A program made the translations under genes and the position numbers. This document shows, piece by piece, positions 50,942-62,706 of a stretch of DNA of 64,000 bases; the stretch's first letter is position 1; every line of letters begins with the position of its first letter. Below the pieces are notes generated by a model that saw nothing but the letters and a program-made list of their open reading frames with translations, was not told the DNA's origin and did no database searches. Source of the DNA: a bacterium (GTDB lineage: Bacteria > UBA8248); NCBI GenBank assembly GCA_965202625.1, contig CBDBBI010000010.1, positions 1,504,001 through 1,568,000 on the forward strand. The letters run 5' to 3'.

Positions 50942-52333
50942 ATGGGGCATCGTATCGAGACGGACAGCATGGGCGAAATCAAGGTTCCAGAGGATAAATA
51001 CTATGGTGCGCAGACCGCGCGATCGTTGATTCATTTCAAGATCGGCGGGGACCGCTTCCCCCGGGAGATCATCCGCGCGCTCGGAATTCTCAAGAAGGCC
51101 GCCGCGCTCACGAACGAGGAACTGGGCATTCTCGCTCCGGAGAAGGCCGCGCTGATCGCCCGGGCGGCGGATGAGGTCATCGCCGGCGATCTGGACGCGC
51201 ATTTTCCCCTCGCCGTCTGGCAGACGGGAAGCGGAACGCAGACGAACATGAACGCCAACGAGGTGATCGCCAACCGCGCGATAGAGCTGGCGGGCGGACG
51301 GATGGGCTCGAAAGACCCGATTCACCCGAACGACGACGTGAACAAGGCCCAATCCTCGAACGACACTTTCCCCACGGCGATGCACATCGCAGCGGGCGAG
51401 CGGATGACGGGAAGGCTCATCCCCGCCGTGGACGCGCTCAGGGGGACGCTGGCGACGAAGGCGGAGGCTTTCCAGTCGATCATCAAGATAGGGCGCACCC
51501 ATCTGATGGACGCCGTGCCCCTGACGCTGGGGCAGGAATTCTCCGGCTACGCCCAGCAGCTCGAAAACGGCCTCGCGCGCCTGCGGATGTCGCTCGACGG
51601 CATTTATGAACTCGCCCTTGGAGGAACGGCAGTGGGTACCGGCCTCAACACCCATCCTGATTTCGCCGAAAGGGCGGCCGCCCGAATCGCCTCGATGACG
51701 GGACTCCCCTTCCGCAGCGCGCCGAACAAATTCGAGGCCCTCGCCGCACACGACGCGGTCGTCTTCGCGAGCGGGGCGACGAAGACTCTCGCCGCCTCGC
51801 TGATGAAGATCGCCAACGACGTCCGGATGCTCGCCTCGGGGCCTCGATGCGGCGTGGGCGAGTTGCGGATTCCCGAGAACGAGCCGGGAAGCTCCATCAT
51901 GCCCGGCAAGGTGAACCCCACGCAGAGCGAGGCGATGACCATGGTGTGCGCCCAGGTGATGGGCAACGACGTAGCCGTGAACGTTGGGGGTGCGACGGGG
52001 CACTTCGAGCTCAACGTGTTCAAGCCCCTCATGATCTTCAACCTGCTCAACTCGCTGCGCCTGCTGGCAGACGCCTGCGATTCTTTCAACGCCCATTGCG
52101 CCGTCGGAATCGAGCCCAACCGGCCCGCCATAGACGCTTATCTTCAAAACTCGCTCATGCTGGTGACAGCCCTGAACCCCGTCATCGGTTACGACAACGC
52201 GGCCAGAGTGGCGAAAAAAGCGTTTGTCGATGGCGGCACGCTGCGCGAGGCCGCGATAGCCCTCAACCTGCTCACGGGAGAGGAGTTTGACGAGGCGGTC
52301 CGGCCTGAGAACATGATAGCGCCCAAGGGGTGA
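50942..52333 (+). CDS. fumC: fumarate hydratase class II
   Basis: [36 protein letters not shown]. Confidence 0.97.
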   Translation: MGHRIETDSMGEIKVPEDKYYGAQTARSLIHFKIGGDRFPREIIRALGILKKAAALTNEELGILAPEKAALIARAADEVIAGDLDAHFPLAVWQTGSGTQTNMNANEVIANRAIELAGGRMGSKDPIHPNDDVNKAQSSNDTFPTAMHIAAGERMTGRLIPAVDALRGTLATKAEAFQSIIKIGRTHLMDAVPLTLGQEFSGYAQQLENGLARLRMSLDGIYELALGGTAVGTGLNTHPDFAERAAARIASMTGLPFRSAPNKFEALAAHDAVVFASGATKTLAASLMKIANDVRMLASGPRCGVGELRIPENEPGSSIMPGKVNPTQSEAMTMVCAQVMGNDVAVNVGGATGHFELNVFKPLMIFNLLNSLRLLADACDSFNAHCAVGIEPNRPAIDAYLQNSLMLVTALNPVIGYDNAARVAKKAFVDGGTLREAAIALNLLTGEEFDEAVRPENMIAPKG

Positions 52334-52441
52334 CGTCTTGCGAGCGATGAATACTTTCAGAAAAACCCCTCATGGGGAGAGACAGTCCGCTTCACCTCGT
52401 CCATCACCGTTGGATCGTTTGGGCGTCCTCGCCCTTTCGGC

Positions 52442-53092
52442 TCAGACGTATTCCGCAAGAACACCAGGAACGTTCTCGATATGGCAAGCATGGCTTCGGG
52501 GCGAGCGGTCCCGGACGAACCTAGACAAATCCTCCATTTTCACATCTGTGTAATACGGTCCGTCCACAATGATTATCAGAACCTTGTTCTTTGTCGCCGC
52601 CCTTTGAAAATTCCTGAGAAGGTCTTTCATCTCCTTGAATTGGCTATCCTGGTTGCCCCCTCCTTCCCTCGTGTATTTATGAGACGCATAAAATTCGGTT
52701 TTTCCCGTTCTCCAGTAAAAATCCAGCGATTTGGAGGGCGGGTTTTCCATCCCCTCCCGAATTTCTCCATCGCTGGTGATATAGAAAGCGCGCGGCTTCC
52801 TTTTCGGCAAAACAGTGAAATGAGAAACGCTCGCCAGGTTTCTCAACCACTCGGCGGCGGCTTTTTCATGCAGCCCCGTCCGGCGCGGCTCCTTTGCGAA
52901 ATGCGCCGCGAACATCGTGTCTTTTTCAATCTTGTCCTGCACCTCCTCTTTTGAAAAACCGAACCTCCAGAGGAAAGTCCGGATTCTTTTCAAGATGTTT
53001 GCGTCTTTCTCCCTGAGCCGCAGGAAAACCGCGCCAGCGTTTTCCCGCCACATTTTACGCTCTATCGCGTCATAGTCGGGCGGCTCAGGCAT
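52442..53092 (-). CDS. hypothetical protein, candidate restriction endonuclease
   Basis: KSLDF..HKYT..GGGNQDSQ PD-(D/E)xK-like arrangement; overlaps upstream MTase stop; lower GC. Confidence 0.55.
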   Translation of the reverse strand: MPEPPDYDAIERKMWRENAGAVFLRLREKDANILKRIRTFLWRFGFSKEEVQDKIEKDTMFAAHFAKEPRRTGLHEKAAAEWLRNLASVSHFTVLPKRKPRAFYITSDGEIREGMENPPSKSLDFYWRTGKTEFYASHKYTREGGGNQDSQFKEMKDLLRNFQRAATKNKVLIIIVDGPYYTDVKMEDLSRFVRDRSPRSHACHIENVPGVLAEYV

Positions 53093-54032
53093 GATGGACA
53101 ATTCCCCGCGCCAGCGCCCAATCAAGGCGACGCCGATACATGCCGTCCTTGCGAATCCCCTTGTAGCAGGTCATGAGCACGTCATGCGTGCGAGCGCGAA
53201 AATCGTCGAGATAATCGTTCCAGGCGTCAATGCGCACCCGTCCGTCTACACGAAGCTTCGTGATGTGCCGCCCCGTCTTCTTGACGGGATACTCCGCCAG
53301 TTCCTCTACGCGACAGAACCGGATGGACGCAGCGCGCGTGTTGTCCAACGCGATCAAGCCGACGTTCCCCCTTGGGTCGTTAAACCGCACCAAGGGGCCG
53401 TCCGGTTTCGGTCTTGGACGCAAGCGTTCAAGCTCCGAGAGCAGCCCGACGCGGGCTTGCTGGAACCACACTTTCACGTCGGTCGCCAGATGCGGTTGGA
53501 AAAGCGCCAGGCCCACGGGGTGGCCGGTGTCCGTGAACAGCCTGGAGGCGAGAGAGATGAAATCGGTGAGCCGCTCCTGGAAAATCCGCGCCCGAATGAA
53601 CGACTCGGGCACCAGGGCGGCGACCCATCCGCAGTTGTCCAGACACTTCTCCAGGGCGAACTTGTAAAGGTCGTCATGTCGGCAACCGGGGAAAGCCAAA
53701 CCTCGAACGGTCGCGCTGTTCCTGGCGAGCCAAGGGGGATTGGTGACGCATACGTCGAACCCCTTGGGGAACGATTCCAACGTGTCCCTTCGCCGGACGC
53801 GCCGATCGGATGGATGGACGTCGTAGGATGCCGAGTCCTTACACAACCCCATACCTTCAAGATGCGCGATGAGGCTGTTCGCCCCTGCGAACGGCTCAAG
53901 AATCGGGGCGGAAGGGAGACCGGAGCACTGCGCCCATGCGCGAAAGGCCGGATGGCGAAACGGATTGCCCGTCGTGAAAAACCGGCCGTTCTGCCTTTTC
54001 GCTTCGCTCGTCATGACGCTTTTATACGACAA
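53085..54032 (-). CDS. amino DNA methyltransferase (gamma class order)
   Basis: GRFFT, ILEPFAG motif I, VCVTNPPW motif IV, DLYKF. Confidence 0.78.
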   Translation of the reverse strand: MSYKSVMTSEAKRQNGRFFTTGNPFRHPAFRAWAQCSGLPSAPILEPFAGANSLIAHLEGMGLCKDSASYDVHPSDRRVRRRDTLESFPKGFDVCVTNPPWLARNSATVRGLAFPGCRHDDLYKFALEKCLDNCGWVAALVPESFIRARIFQERLTDFISLASRLFTDTGHPVGLALFQPHLATDVKVWFQQARVGLLSELERLRPRPKPDGPLVRFNDPRGNVGLIALDNTRAASIRFCRVEELAEYPVKKTGRHITKLRVDGRVRIDAWNDYLDDFRARTHDVLMTCYKGIRKDGMYRRRLDWALARGIVHHA

Positions 54033-54261
54033 AAGAGCGAAAAAACCAAGTGGGGCGGAATTTCAACTCACTATTCATAACATCCCTTTTCCGCTCAACA
54101 GACGCCCCGAAACGCATCAACAACTCTCTCTCAAAAAAAGCTTCCGCACCCAAAAGCGGAGCGAGAGGAGAGTCTCCGTCCCGCATTCATTCCATAAGAC
54201 GTCCGACCCGAAAACCGAGACCGGAAAGAACCACGCGAGGGCCGCCGCGCGGCGGCTCCCC

Positions 54262-55305
54262 TTACCTCTCGGCGAAACCCTTGAAGGGGGTGGGTATCGC
54301 TTGTATATCCTGGAGCAGGTCGGGCGGCAGGTTCCTGTCCGCGGTGGGCAGCATACCCGTATAGAGCGCGTCGACGCCGTTTGCGAAGCGCGCCTCTATC
54401 TCCCGTTTGATCTCCCCATGCGCGCCCACCGCGGCGAAAAGACGCACGAGGTCGTCGGGAATCTCGTCGGCGAGCGCATTCCAACGGCCCTCTCGCGTCA
54501 TGCGCCTGAGTTTCCGCCCCAAGTCGCCGTAGCCGTGCATCTCCAGCACCGGCCAGTAAGCGGGCGTCGAGCCGTAGAACCCGAGACGCCCTTTGACCTC
54601 ATCCATCCCCCGGCGCAGCGCCTCCTCGTCATCGCCCGTGACGACGTAGCCCCCACCCGTGATCTCGAAGCGCTCGCGCGCGAGGCCGCTCTCGCGCAGC
54701 CCCTCCTCCAGTCTCGGGAGGCAGAACTCCTCAAAATACCTCCGCGTGCAGAAAGGATGGAGACGCGCGCCGTCGCAACAGCTCCCCGCGAGTCGAAGCA
54801 TGGCCGGCCCCACCGCCGCGATGGTGACGGGCGGCATGGGTCGCCCCTTGTATTCGGGCGCGAAGGCAGGCGTCATGAGGGTGAACTGGTAGTGCGCACC
54901 CTGATAGTCCAGCCTCTCCCCGCTCATCCAGGCGCGCCAGATGGCGCGGAGCGACTCCACGTACTCTCTCATGCGGGGAGCGGGCGCGCTCCAGGGTACG
55001 CTGAAGCGGCGCACGTTGTGCGGTCTGATCTGCGGGCCGAGACCCAGGACGAACCTGCCGCCCGAGGCTTCCTGCAAGTCCCACGCCGCGTTCGCGCACA
55101 CCATGGGGCTTCTCGGAAAAGCGATGGCCACGGCCGTAAGAAGCGACACGCGCGCCGTCTCCACCGCCGCCACCGCGAGGGGCAAAAAGGGATGGTGCGC
55201 GTTTTCCATGGTCATCACGCCGTCATAGCCCGCCGCCTCAAACTCCCGCGCGGCCGGCCCCGCCTTGCGCAGGTCATCCATCGGCAACGTGGTGAACATA
55301 CGCAC
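54262..55305 (-). CDS. LLM-class F420-dependent oxidoreductase (TIGR03617-like)
   Basis: HPFLPLA, AVAIAFPRSP, SGGRFVLGLG, FYGSTPAY..VLEMHG; GTG start at 55305. Confidence 0.88.
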   Translation of the reverse strand: MRMFTTLPMDDLRKAGPAAREFEAAGYDGVMTMENAHHPFLPLAVAAVETARVSLLTAVAIAFPRSPMVCANAAWDLQEASGGRFVLGLGPQIRPHNVRRFSVPWSAPAPRMREYVESLRAIWRAWMSGERLDYQGAHYQFTLMTPAFAPEYKGRPMPPVTIAAVGPAMLRLAGSCCDGARLHPFCTRRYFEEFCLPRLEEGLRESGLARERFEITGGGYVVTGDDEEALRRGMDEVKGRLGFYGSTPAYWPVLEMHGYGDLGRKLRRMTREGRWNALADEIPDDLVRLFAAVGAHGEIKREIEARFANGVDALYTGMLPTADRNLPPDLLQDIQAIPTPFKGFAER

Positions 55306-55436
55306 GTAGAATCCCCCGTGCTGGAGAATGGGCACTCTTGAAGGGTAAGCAACGCATCATACACGATCTCCCAAAGCGCATATAGTGTTATCATGGGCGC
55401 GTTCGGAAAGTGCGCGTCAAGGAGAGGAGGGCGTTC

Positions 55437-56195
55437 ATGTCGCAGCCATGCCGCCTTCAGTACCGAGGCTTTCATCAACTCGAACTCGTGCGCCACGGGG
55501 GCGAGCGGCTCCTCATCGGCGGGCGGCGGAGAACCCTGCAAGAGCCTCCGCCCAACGTGGCCTCCCGGCCTCCGGTCGATGCGGCACAATACGTCTATGC
55601 GGCGTGGGACGAGCACAGAGAGCGCGTGAAGCTCATCGCCTCCCCCACCGGGCATGAAGCCTGTGGAGAGGAGGAGGCGATGCGGGGCGATCCGTCCACC
55701 CTGCTGGTCGGCATGGGAAGGCCCTATGAGAGCAGGCCGAAGCACTACCACTGGGCGGACGCGCCCGCCCACAGAAAATTCATTCTGAGCTACCACAACC
55801 GAAAACCCATCGAATGGAGCCAACGGCTGCTGCGGGATGAGATGATTCCCCCGAAAGGGTGGAGCGAAACCTCATCTGGCGGAAGCGTCTCCTTTCTCGT
55901 CTGGGGGGAGGAGGCGGTTCATCTGGAGGTGGAGGGCCGGGTGGAATGCGAGGCGAAATCCGACCCGCTCCTTTTGGGAATGGGGCTCGACGGCGCACCG
56001 CCGGACGCAAGCGGCGTCCTTGAAATCGCGCCCCGCCCCTCCAAAACGCGGGAGCAAACCTTTTCCCTGAAAGTGGAGAGACGGTTTCCACGCGAGGAGG
56101 AGGGTTTCCACACCCTCTCTCTTTACGGAAAAACGGAAACGGGATTCTGGATCGTCAAGCGCGCGACGGAGCTCCGGTTCTCCACCCTGGGCTGA
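55437..56195 (+). CDS. hypothetical protein
   Basis: GGAGG RBS, fills intergenic space, no recognisable motif. Confidence 0.65.
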   Translation: MSQPCRLQYRGFHQLELVRHGGERLLIGGRRRTLQEPPPNVASRPPVDAAQYVYAAWDEHRERVKLIASPTGHEACGEEEAMRGDPSTLLVGMGRPYESRPKHYHWADAPAHRKFILSYHNRKPIEWSQRLLRDEMIPPKGWSETSSGGSVSFLVWGEEAVHLEVEGRVECEAKSDPLLLGMGLDGAPPDASGVLEIAPRPSKTREQTFSLKVERRFPREEEGFHTLSLYGKTETGFWIVKRATELRFSTLG

Positions 56196-56302
56196 GGGAG
56201 CGGCGCATTACCACCTCTCAGGAAACGCGACGCCGCCCGGAGTCATTTGGCGCGTTCGCTCTACCCGCCCCCCATTCCTATGAGGCTGCAGGCTGAACCT
56301 CT

Positions 56303-59011
56303 TCAAGAAGTGCCCTCGCCCTCCTTCAACAACTGCCGCAGCACGTATTGCAGGATGCCGCCGTGCTGGTAGTACGCGACTTCGTTGGGCGTGTCGATGC
56401 GGACGGTGGCGTCAAAGACGATCGGAACGCCTCCTCCCTCTGGGCTGGCGACGACGCGCACCTCCTTCGCCTCTCCCCCCTCCAGCCCCTCGACGTCGAA
56501 CGTTTCTTGGCCCGTGAGACCCAGTCCCTCCGCCGTGTCGCCCGGCTTGAACTGAAGCGGAAGCACGCCCATACCGACCAGGTTTGAGCGGTGAATGCGT
56601 TCGAAGCTTTCCGCGATGACGGCCTTGATTCCCAGCAGGCGTGAACCTTTGGCGGCCCAATCGCGCGATGATCCCGTGCCGTATTCCTTGCCGCCCAGAA
56701 CGATGAGCGGAATGCCCGCCTCTTGGTATTCCATCGCCGCGTCGTAGATGGGCATTATACTGCCCGTCGGGAAGTAGGTGGTGAAGCCGCCCTCGGTGCC
56801 AGGGGCCAAGCGGTTCCTCAGACGCACGTTCGAGAACGTGCCCCGCACCATCACTTCGTGGTTTCCGCGCCGAGAGCCGTAAGAGTTGAAGTCGCCGGGC
56901 AAGACGTCGTTCCTCACGAGAAACTGACCGCCCGGGCTGTCGCGCTTGATGGCGCCCGCCGGCGAGATGTGATCCGTGGTCACCGAGTCGCCCAGAAGCG
57001 CCAGACAGCGCGCGCCCTTGACGTCGGCGACCGGCTCCGGCTCCGGCTTCATGCCTTCGAAATAGGGAGCGCGCCTGATGTAGGTGGACATGTCGTCCCA
57101 GGCGAAGAGGCCGCCCTCGGGCGTCGGAATGCCCTGCCAGCGCAGATCACCCCGAAAAACGTCGCCGTAGCTCTTGTGGAACATGTCCGCCCGCACGTGG
57201 CGCATCACGACGTCCTGCAACTCGCTCTGGGTGGGCCAGAGATCCCTGAGATAGACGGGATTCCCCTCCTCATCCTCGCCCAGGGCGTCTTTCGCGACGT
57301 CCAGGTCCATCCGTCCGGCGATGGCGTAGGCCACCACCAGGGGCGGAGAGGCGAGGAAGTTCATGCGCACCTCGGCGTGAACGCGGCCCTCGAAGTTTCT
57401 GTTGCCCGAGAGCACGGCGCAGGCGACGAGATCGCCCTCGGCGACCGCCTTTGAGACGTGGGCGGGCAGAGGACCTGAGTTTCCGATACAGGTGGTGCAC
57501 CCGTAGCCCACGTTGTGAAAGCCCAGAGCCTCGAGATAAGGGGTGAGGCCCGCGCTCCTTAAATACTCCGTCACCACCATGGAGCCCGGGGCCAGCGATG
57601 TTTTCACCCAGGGCTTGACCTTGAGGCCCCGCTCGACCGCCTTTTTCGCCACCAGGCCCGCGCCCAGCATCACGGAGGGGTTCGAGGTGTTCGTGCAGCT
57701 CGTAATCGCCGCGATGACGACCGCGCCGTGCGTCATTTCGTAGGTTTTGGCGCCGTCCCGCGCCGTGACCGCAGCGGGGGCGAGGGCCGTTCCGCCGCCT
57801 CCGCCGAGTTCGGCCAGCATCTTGTCGAGTTCGCGCTCGAAGGTCGTCTTGGCGTCGGTCAGCGCGATGCGATCCTGGGGCCGCTTGGGGCCGGAGATGC
57901 TCGGAACCACGTCGGCGAGATCCAGCTCCAGGGAGTCGGTGTAGATCGCCTCCGGCGAATCCCCATCCCTGAACATGCCCTGCGCGCGGGCGTAGGCTTC
58001 CACGAGCGCGATTCTCTCCGCTGGCCGACCCGTGAGTTGCATGTATTTCAGAGTCTCGGCGTCGATGGGAAAGATGCCGCAGGTGGCGCCATACTCAGGC
58101 GCCATGTTGGCGATGGTCGCGCGGTCCGCCAGAGGCAGATGGTCCAGACCCGGGCCGCAGAACTCCACGAACTTGCCCACTACGCCCTTCTCCCTCAACA
58201 TTTGCACCACCGCCAGAACGAGGTCCGTGGCCGTGGCGCCCTCGCTCAGCGCGCCCGAGAGCCGAAAGCCCACCACGTCGGGAATCAGCATTGAATAGGG
58301 CTGGCCCAGCATGGCGGCTTCCGCCTCGATGCCGCCGACGCCCCAGCCAAGGACGCCGATGCCGTTGATCATCGTGGTGTGGGAGTCCGTGCCCACCACG
58401 GTGTCGGGGAAGACGCGCGTGACGCCTCCTTTCTCCTCCGTTCCCACTACCGGAGAGAGAAATTCCAGGTTGACCTGGTGAACGATGCCGGTATCCGGCG
58501 GCACCGCCCGAAAGTTGCGAAACGCGCCCTGTGCCCACCGCAGAAAAGCGTAGCGCTCCGTGTTCCTCTCATATTCGAGCCGCGCGTTGGTCTCGAGCGC
58601 CGTTCCCGCGCCGAATTCATCCACCTGGACGGAATGGTCGATCACGAGATCGACGGGCTGCAAAGGATTGATGAGGTCGGGGTCGCCGCCCAGAGCCTTC
58701 ATCGCGTCGCGCATGGAGGCGAGGTCCGCCACCACGGGCACGCCCGTGAAATCCTGCAGCAGGACGCGGCTCGGCATGAAGCCGATCTCCTTCGCCTCAT
58801 TTTTTTTCGCGTCCCAGGAGACGAGCGCCTCGACGTCGGCGGCGCGCACGGAACGCCCGTCCTCGTTGCGCAGAAGGTTCTCCAGCAACACCTTCATGGC
58901 GAAGGGCAGCCTTTCGACGTCTCCCTTCTCCCGCAAGGCGTCGAGTCGGTACATCTCATAGGTTTTCCCGTCCACCTCCAGCGAGGAGCGGGCGTCGAAA
59001 CTATTGTTCAT
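56303..59011 (-). CDS. acnA: aconitate hydratase A
   Basis: [53 protein letters not shown]. Confidence 0.98.
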   Translation of the reverse strand: MNNSFDARSSLEVDGKTYEMYRLDALREKGDVERLPFAMKVLLENLLRNEDGRSVRAADVEALVSWDAKKNEAKEIGFMPSRVLLQDFTGVPVVADLASMRDAMKALGGDPDLINPLQPVDLVIDHSVQVDEFGAGTALETNARLEYERNTERYAFLRWAQGAFRNFRAVPPDTGIVHQVNLEFLSPVVGTEEKGGVTRVFPDTVVGTDSHTTMINGIGVLGWGVGGIEAEAAMLGQPYSMLIPDVVGFRLSGALSEGATATDLVLAVVQMLREKGVVGKFVEFCGPGLDHLPLADRATIANMAPEYGATCGIFPIDAETLKYMQLTGRPAERIALVEAYARAQGMFRDGDSPEAIYTDSLELDLADVVPSISGPKRPQDRIALTDAKTTFERELDKMLAELGGGGGTALAPAAVTARDGAKTYEMTHGAVVIAAITSCTNTSNPSVMLGAGLVAKKAVERGLKVKPWVKTSLAPGSMVVTEYLRSAGLTPYLEALGFHNVGYGCTTCIGNSGPLPAHVSKAVAEGDLVACAVLSGNRNFEGRVHAEVRMNFLASPPLVVAYAIAGRMDLDVAKDALGEDEEGNPVYLRDLWPTQSELQDVVMRHVRADMFHKSYGDVFRGDLRWQGIPTPEGGLFAWDDMSTYIRRAPYFEGMKPEPEPVADVKGARCLALLGDSVTTDHISPAGAIKRDSPGGQFLVRNDVLPGDFNSYGSRRGNHEVMVRGTFSNVRLRNRLAPGTEGGFTTYFPTGSIMPIYDAAMEYQEAGIPLIVLGGKEYGTGSSRDWAAKGSRLLGIKAVIAESFERIHRSNLVGMGVLPLQFKPGDTAEGLGLTGQETFDVEGLEGGEAKEVRVVASPEGGGVPIVFDATVRIDTPNEVAYYQHGGILQYVLRQLLKEGEGTS

Positions 59012-59268
59012 CCTTCACCTCATTCGGGCGGAAACCACCGCTCCCCGAGGGGAGGCCGGGCACCGCCGCATCAAACGCTCATTGCGCCCAAAACCGACCC
59101 GAAAGTCAGGGGGAAGCAAAAAGCCGGGCCAAATGAACCATGCAGAATGATGGCAAGTCGAGTTTCCACTTCCCGCATGATACCACAGGGGAGGAAAGGA
59201 GACGAGGGCGACGCCACGCACCTGTTTTCACGAAACGGATTGGCCGATGCCGCCCGAGGGCGGATGGA

Positions 59269-59694
59269 TTATCCCTCGCTCACAACCATGTAGGTGGCCG
59301 AGGCGAAACAGAAGAGCTTCTCCGCCTCGCCCAGAACCCGAATCTCCCACGCGGAGGTCTTCCGCCCCAGGTGCAGGGCCTTCGCCTCGCCGATGAGCGT
59401 CCCCCTCGACGCAGGACGCAGGAAGTTGACCTTCATCTCCACCGTCACGACCTCCGTTCCGATGGGGTAGCTCACGTAGCTGCCCACGCCGCCTGCGGTA
59501 TCCGCAAGCGAGGCCAGTGCGCCTCCGTGCACCATTCCGTTGGGCTGGAAAAGGGCGGGTCGCACCGCAAGCCCGACGCGCGCGAAGCCCCTCCTCGCCT
59601 CGATAATCTCAAAACCTAAGAGCGCGTTGAAATTCCTCCGCCAGCGGTCCCTGAATATCCTCTCGACGTCCTCCTCGCTCCACAACCGCTCCAT
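59269..59694 (-). CDS. PaaI family thioesterase
   Basis: QPNGMVHGGALASLADT, TVEMKVNFLRP. Confidence 0.9.
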   Translation of the reverse strand: MERLWSEEDVERIFRDRWRRNFNALLGFEIIEARRGFARVGLAVRPALFQPNGMVHGGALASLADTAGGVGSYVSYPIGTEVVTVEMKVNFLRPASRGTLIGEAKALHLGRKTSAWEIRVLGEAEKLFCFASATYMVVSEG

Positions 59695-59751
59695 TGCCGT
59701 CTCCTCAAGCGTGCACGCCGACCAGAGCGGGGGACGCCTCCGAACGCCTGA

Positions 59752-60066
59752 CTAGCCAAAAATTTGCGTCGGAACGCATCCCCAGGCGGAGGGGTCGGTG
59801 AGGACGTCGCCCCCCTCGTCCTCATAGGAGAAAAACAGGATTTCGGTTTCGGTTTTCTTCCCCTTTCTCTCCAGGCGGCGCACCGTAATCGTCGGGACGT
59901 GGGTGCCCAGCGCGAAGTTCTTCGCGTGGCTCACCGAGACGCTCGCCCCGGACTTGGCGGCGCAGCGCTCCAGCTGCTCCCTCGTGGTGCGCACCCGGCC
60001 GTCGGAGAGGATTTCTCCGCCGAAATTCTCCGTGAGATCGACTACAAAAATATCCGGCTCCAGCAT
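59752..60066 (-). CDS. hypothetical protein
   Basis: GGGGAG RBS, co-oriented with paaI-like and acnA genes. Confidence 0.55.
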   Translation of the reverse strand: MLEPDIFVVDLTENFGGEILSDGRVRTTREQLERCAAKSGASVSVSHAKNFALGTHVPTITVRRLERKGKKTETEILFFSYEDEGGDVLTDPSAWGCVPTQIFG

Positions 60067-60326
60067 GATGGCGCATTCTCCCCCGCAAGCATGATGAACG
60101 AAAGACCGCGACGCGCCCGAGGCGCCCGTGCGTCTGAAAGCGTGGAGTCTAGCAGAACGAGAGAACGACGCGCAAAGGCGGCGCGGGGATGGCGCAAGCG
60201 GAATGACGAAACGGATTGCGCCTCGCCAAGAACCGGCCGGCTTGTCGTTTCTCTTGCGAATGGGGGATGCTTTTCACCTCCCGCGCAGAAGGCGCGGCTT
60301 TCTTTTTCATTTGCTCCCGTCGGTGC

Positions 60327-61742
60327 TCACCCCGCAACCGCCAGGTTTTCGGTTTCGCTCGCCAACCATTCGACCGCTACTTGCTCACCCTCCTCAATAG
60401 CGATCTCCACCGCCCGTTTGGCGCATTCGAGCAGGCGTCTGGATCGCTTCCGCAGTCGGAAGGATTCGACTACCCTTCGCTGAATTTCGGCCTGGATTTC
60501 TTCGCGGAGGAGGGGGATGACAGCCGCTTTTACTTGCTCTGGTCGCCAATGCAAAATGACTGATCCACCCACGTCTCGGTTGACCTGCTCTTTTGTCAAT
60601 ACAGAATTGAGTGCCAACGTTAAATACTCGTCGTTGATTCTGTCCGTTTTGTTCATCAACCTGAGAATGCCGCCTGAGGGGAGCATCTTTTCTGGCTTGT
60701 CGGACAAGTAATAGGCAACGCCTGGAGTTGCATCCTTACTGAAGAGAATTTCCCCTTGCGCAGGCTGATGCTGTTGGAGTTTGGAATAAAGACTCTCAGA
60801 AATGTATTTTTCTTTCGTGATTTCAAAAGGATTGAGGTTGCTCACGCGAACAAAGGGAACACCCTCATCAAGATATTCCTTACTGCCAACTTCGATACAT
60901 TTTTTTACGGATACCAAATTCCCCAGCATGTCCCAGCCGCCGGAATAGGTCTTGACGGCTTCGATGATCGCATCGTATTTCGGCTGGAAGTAGTCGGCGT
61001 CGAAGCGTTCCGCCGCCTCGACCTCCGAATAGTTCTTGATGAAGGCGAGCCGGTGGACGGGCCGCCACTCGGCGAGACCGAGCTCGTCAAGGAGGAGGGC
61101 TTGGGCTTGCTGGTATGTGTCCTCAGAAGCTCGGATTAATTCGAAAGCATTGTCAAAAGCTATTGTAATTTTTAGTTGGATATCTTTTGAGAGCAAAGGT
61201 ATTTCTACTAGCTTTAACTCCTCTGCATTCACATTAGATTGATTGATAGATATCCTTGCTCGCCTCTTTACGTCAAGAGTTCCATATTTGGTATTGAGGA
61301 AAGCGGTTAAGTACTCAGGTGTAATAACATCCGGGTCTGGATTTAAACGAACGAGGTAAGATGCAAAAACAAAATCCTCGCTTGAGAATTTTCTGAAAAT
61401 TCCAGTTCTACCCACGAATACTTGAGAGTTCGTTCGATTAAACAGCACATCCCTATCATTTAGCCTGTAATTTTCTATTTCCCTCTTTCCTATAGGAGCA
61501 TATTTAAATACGTTGCGCTCACACATCATATCGCTGATTTCATTCATCCGATAAATTTTCGTTCCATCCCCTTCTTCGCTCATCTGTATTGACAGCCCAT
61601 ATTGTGAAGACAATAGGGCTTCTCCAATCGGAATATACTGCAAGTTCATGTTCTTGTATGGCGCAAAACACATGTATTCCGCATCCCAACGGCCATCTGG
61701 ATGCAAAGATATATCTGATGAATTACCAACAAAAAATTGCAT
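60327..61742 (-). CDS. restriction-modification specificity (S) subunit with two TRDs
   Basis: DVLFNRTNS..VGRT, FASYLVR, QSNVNAEELK..EIPL; RFDADYFQPKY; GEILFSKDATPG; C-terminal AKRAVEIAIE. Confidence 0.85.
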   Translation of the reverse strand: MQFFVGNSSDISLHPDGRWDAEYMCFAPYKNMNLQYIPIGEALLSSQYGLSIQMSEEGDGTKIYRMNEISDMMCERNVFKYAPIGKREIENYRLNDRDVLFNRTNSQVFVGRTGIFRKFSSEDFVFASYLVRLNPDPDVITPEYLTAFLNTKYGTLDVKRRARISINQSNVNAEELKLVEIPLLSKDIQLKITIAFDNAFELIRASEDTYQQAQALLLDELGLAEWRPVHRLAFIKNYSEVEAAERFDADYFQPKYDAIIEAVKTYSGGWDMLGNLVSVKKCIEVGSKEYLDEGVPFVRVSNLNPFEITKEKYISESLYSKLQQHQPAQGEILFSKDATPGVAYYLSDKPEKMLPSGGILRLMNKTDRINDEYLTLALNSVLTKEQVNRDVGGSVILHWRPEQVKAAVIPLLREEIQAEIQRRVVESFRLRKRSRRLLECAKRAVEIAIEEGEQVAVEWLASETENLAVAG

Positions 61743-61779
61743 TTTTATCTTTCTCCGTTCACCTCAAACGCCCAATTTT

Positions 61780-62574
61780 TTACTTTTCTCGCCCCAAACA
61801 CTCCTTTTCATTCCCATCTCTTTGTGCTATTTGCTTTCTGTTTTCTTCAGGTAGAGATGAGTATTTTTGTTTCATTTCTCTGATTTCTCTGTGTTTTGTT
61901 ATCATTTCTTGTGCGATGTCATTTACTAGGGAAAAAAGGGCTGAGACATGCCCGACATTTTCTTCAATGTCTATTCTCCCCGGATGTAGTGCCTCGTTCC
62001 CGATAACCCGGCAGTAATCCAAGGCTTGTTGTATTTGTTCGGCCAACCCTTTTTTCACCAGTTTCTTTATGCAGGTGTTCAAGTCTCCTTCTTCTCCGAG
62101 TTGTCTACATAGTTTCTCAACGCATAAGCGCAGCAGTGCGGCAGACGCGCGTGGCGAATCTTGAAATATCGTGCGCGCCTCACGATAAAGTTGCTTGATT
62201 GCGTCATCCATATCTTCATTTGGGTCTGGCAAAGAGGATGCTCTTGGGTAGATCATCTCTCTTTGATGCCAGACCGTAGCCTTGGAGCAACTCTGGCACT
62301 CAGCGAAACTGAAGTCGTCTGAGAAAATTTTTGGCAGACGTCTAAGTATCTCAGAAGGCTTATTACATTTAGTAATAAATTCCTGAATTACCTCCTGAGA
62401 ATAATCGTCTATCCTTACTCTGTAATCCAAAAATAACGTGCCCGTTAGATAAGCGAGCATGTTTGGAAGTCGGCTTGGCCCTACCCATTTTTGTTGAGCC
62501 AATACTTTACAATGTGGACAGACGAAGTTTTCTTTATCTATCTCAGGTTGACGCTTCGTATTGTTGCTCATCAT
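61780..62574 (-). CDS. DUF4145 domain protein
   Basis: CPHC and CQSC, LYREA..SPRASAALLRLCVEKL, RVIGNEALH (HEPN-like Rx4-6H); AT-rich. Confidence 0.82.
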   Translation of the reverse strand: MMSNNTKRQPEIDKENFVCPHCKVLAQQKWVGPSRLPNMLAYLTGTLFLDYRVRIDDYSQEVIQEFITKCNKPSEILRRLPKIFSDDFSFAECQSCSKATVWHQREMIYPRASSLPDPNEDMDDAIKQLYREARTIFQDSPRASAALLRLCVEKLCRQLGEEGDLNTCIKKLVKKGLAEQIQQALDYCRVIGNEALHPGRIDIEENVGHVSALFSLVNDIAQEMITKHREIREMKQKYSSLPEENRKQIAQRDGNEKECLGREK

Positions 62575-62706
62575 TCAGTCCCTCGCTCTTCGCCCACTTA
62601 ATGATCGCGCCGAACGACTCCCGTCTGGCGCGCGCGCAAACCATCCCGAAATAACGCCCTGCGCGAGAATAGCCATATTCCCGCAGCCTGTTCGCCCGCC
62701 TGTTCC

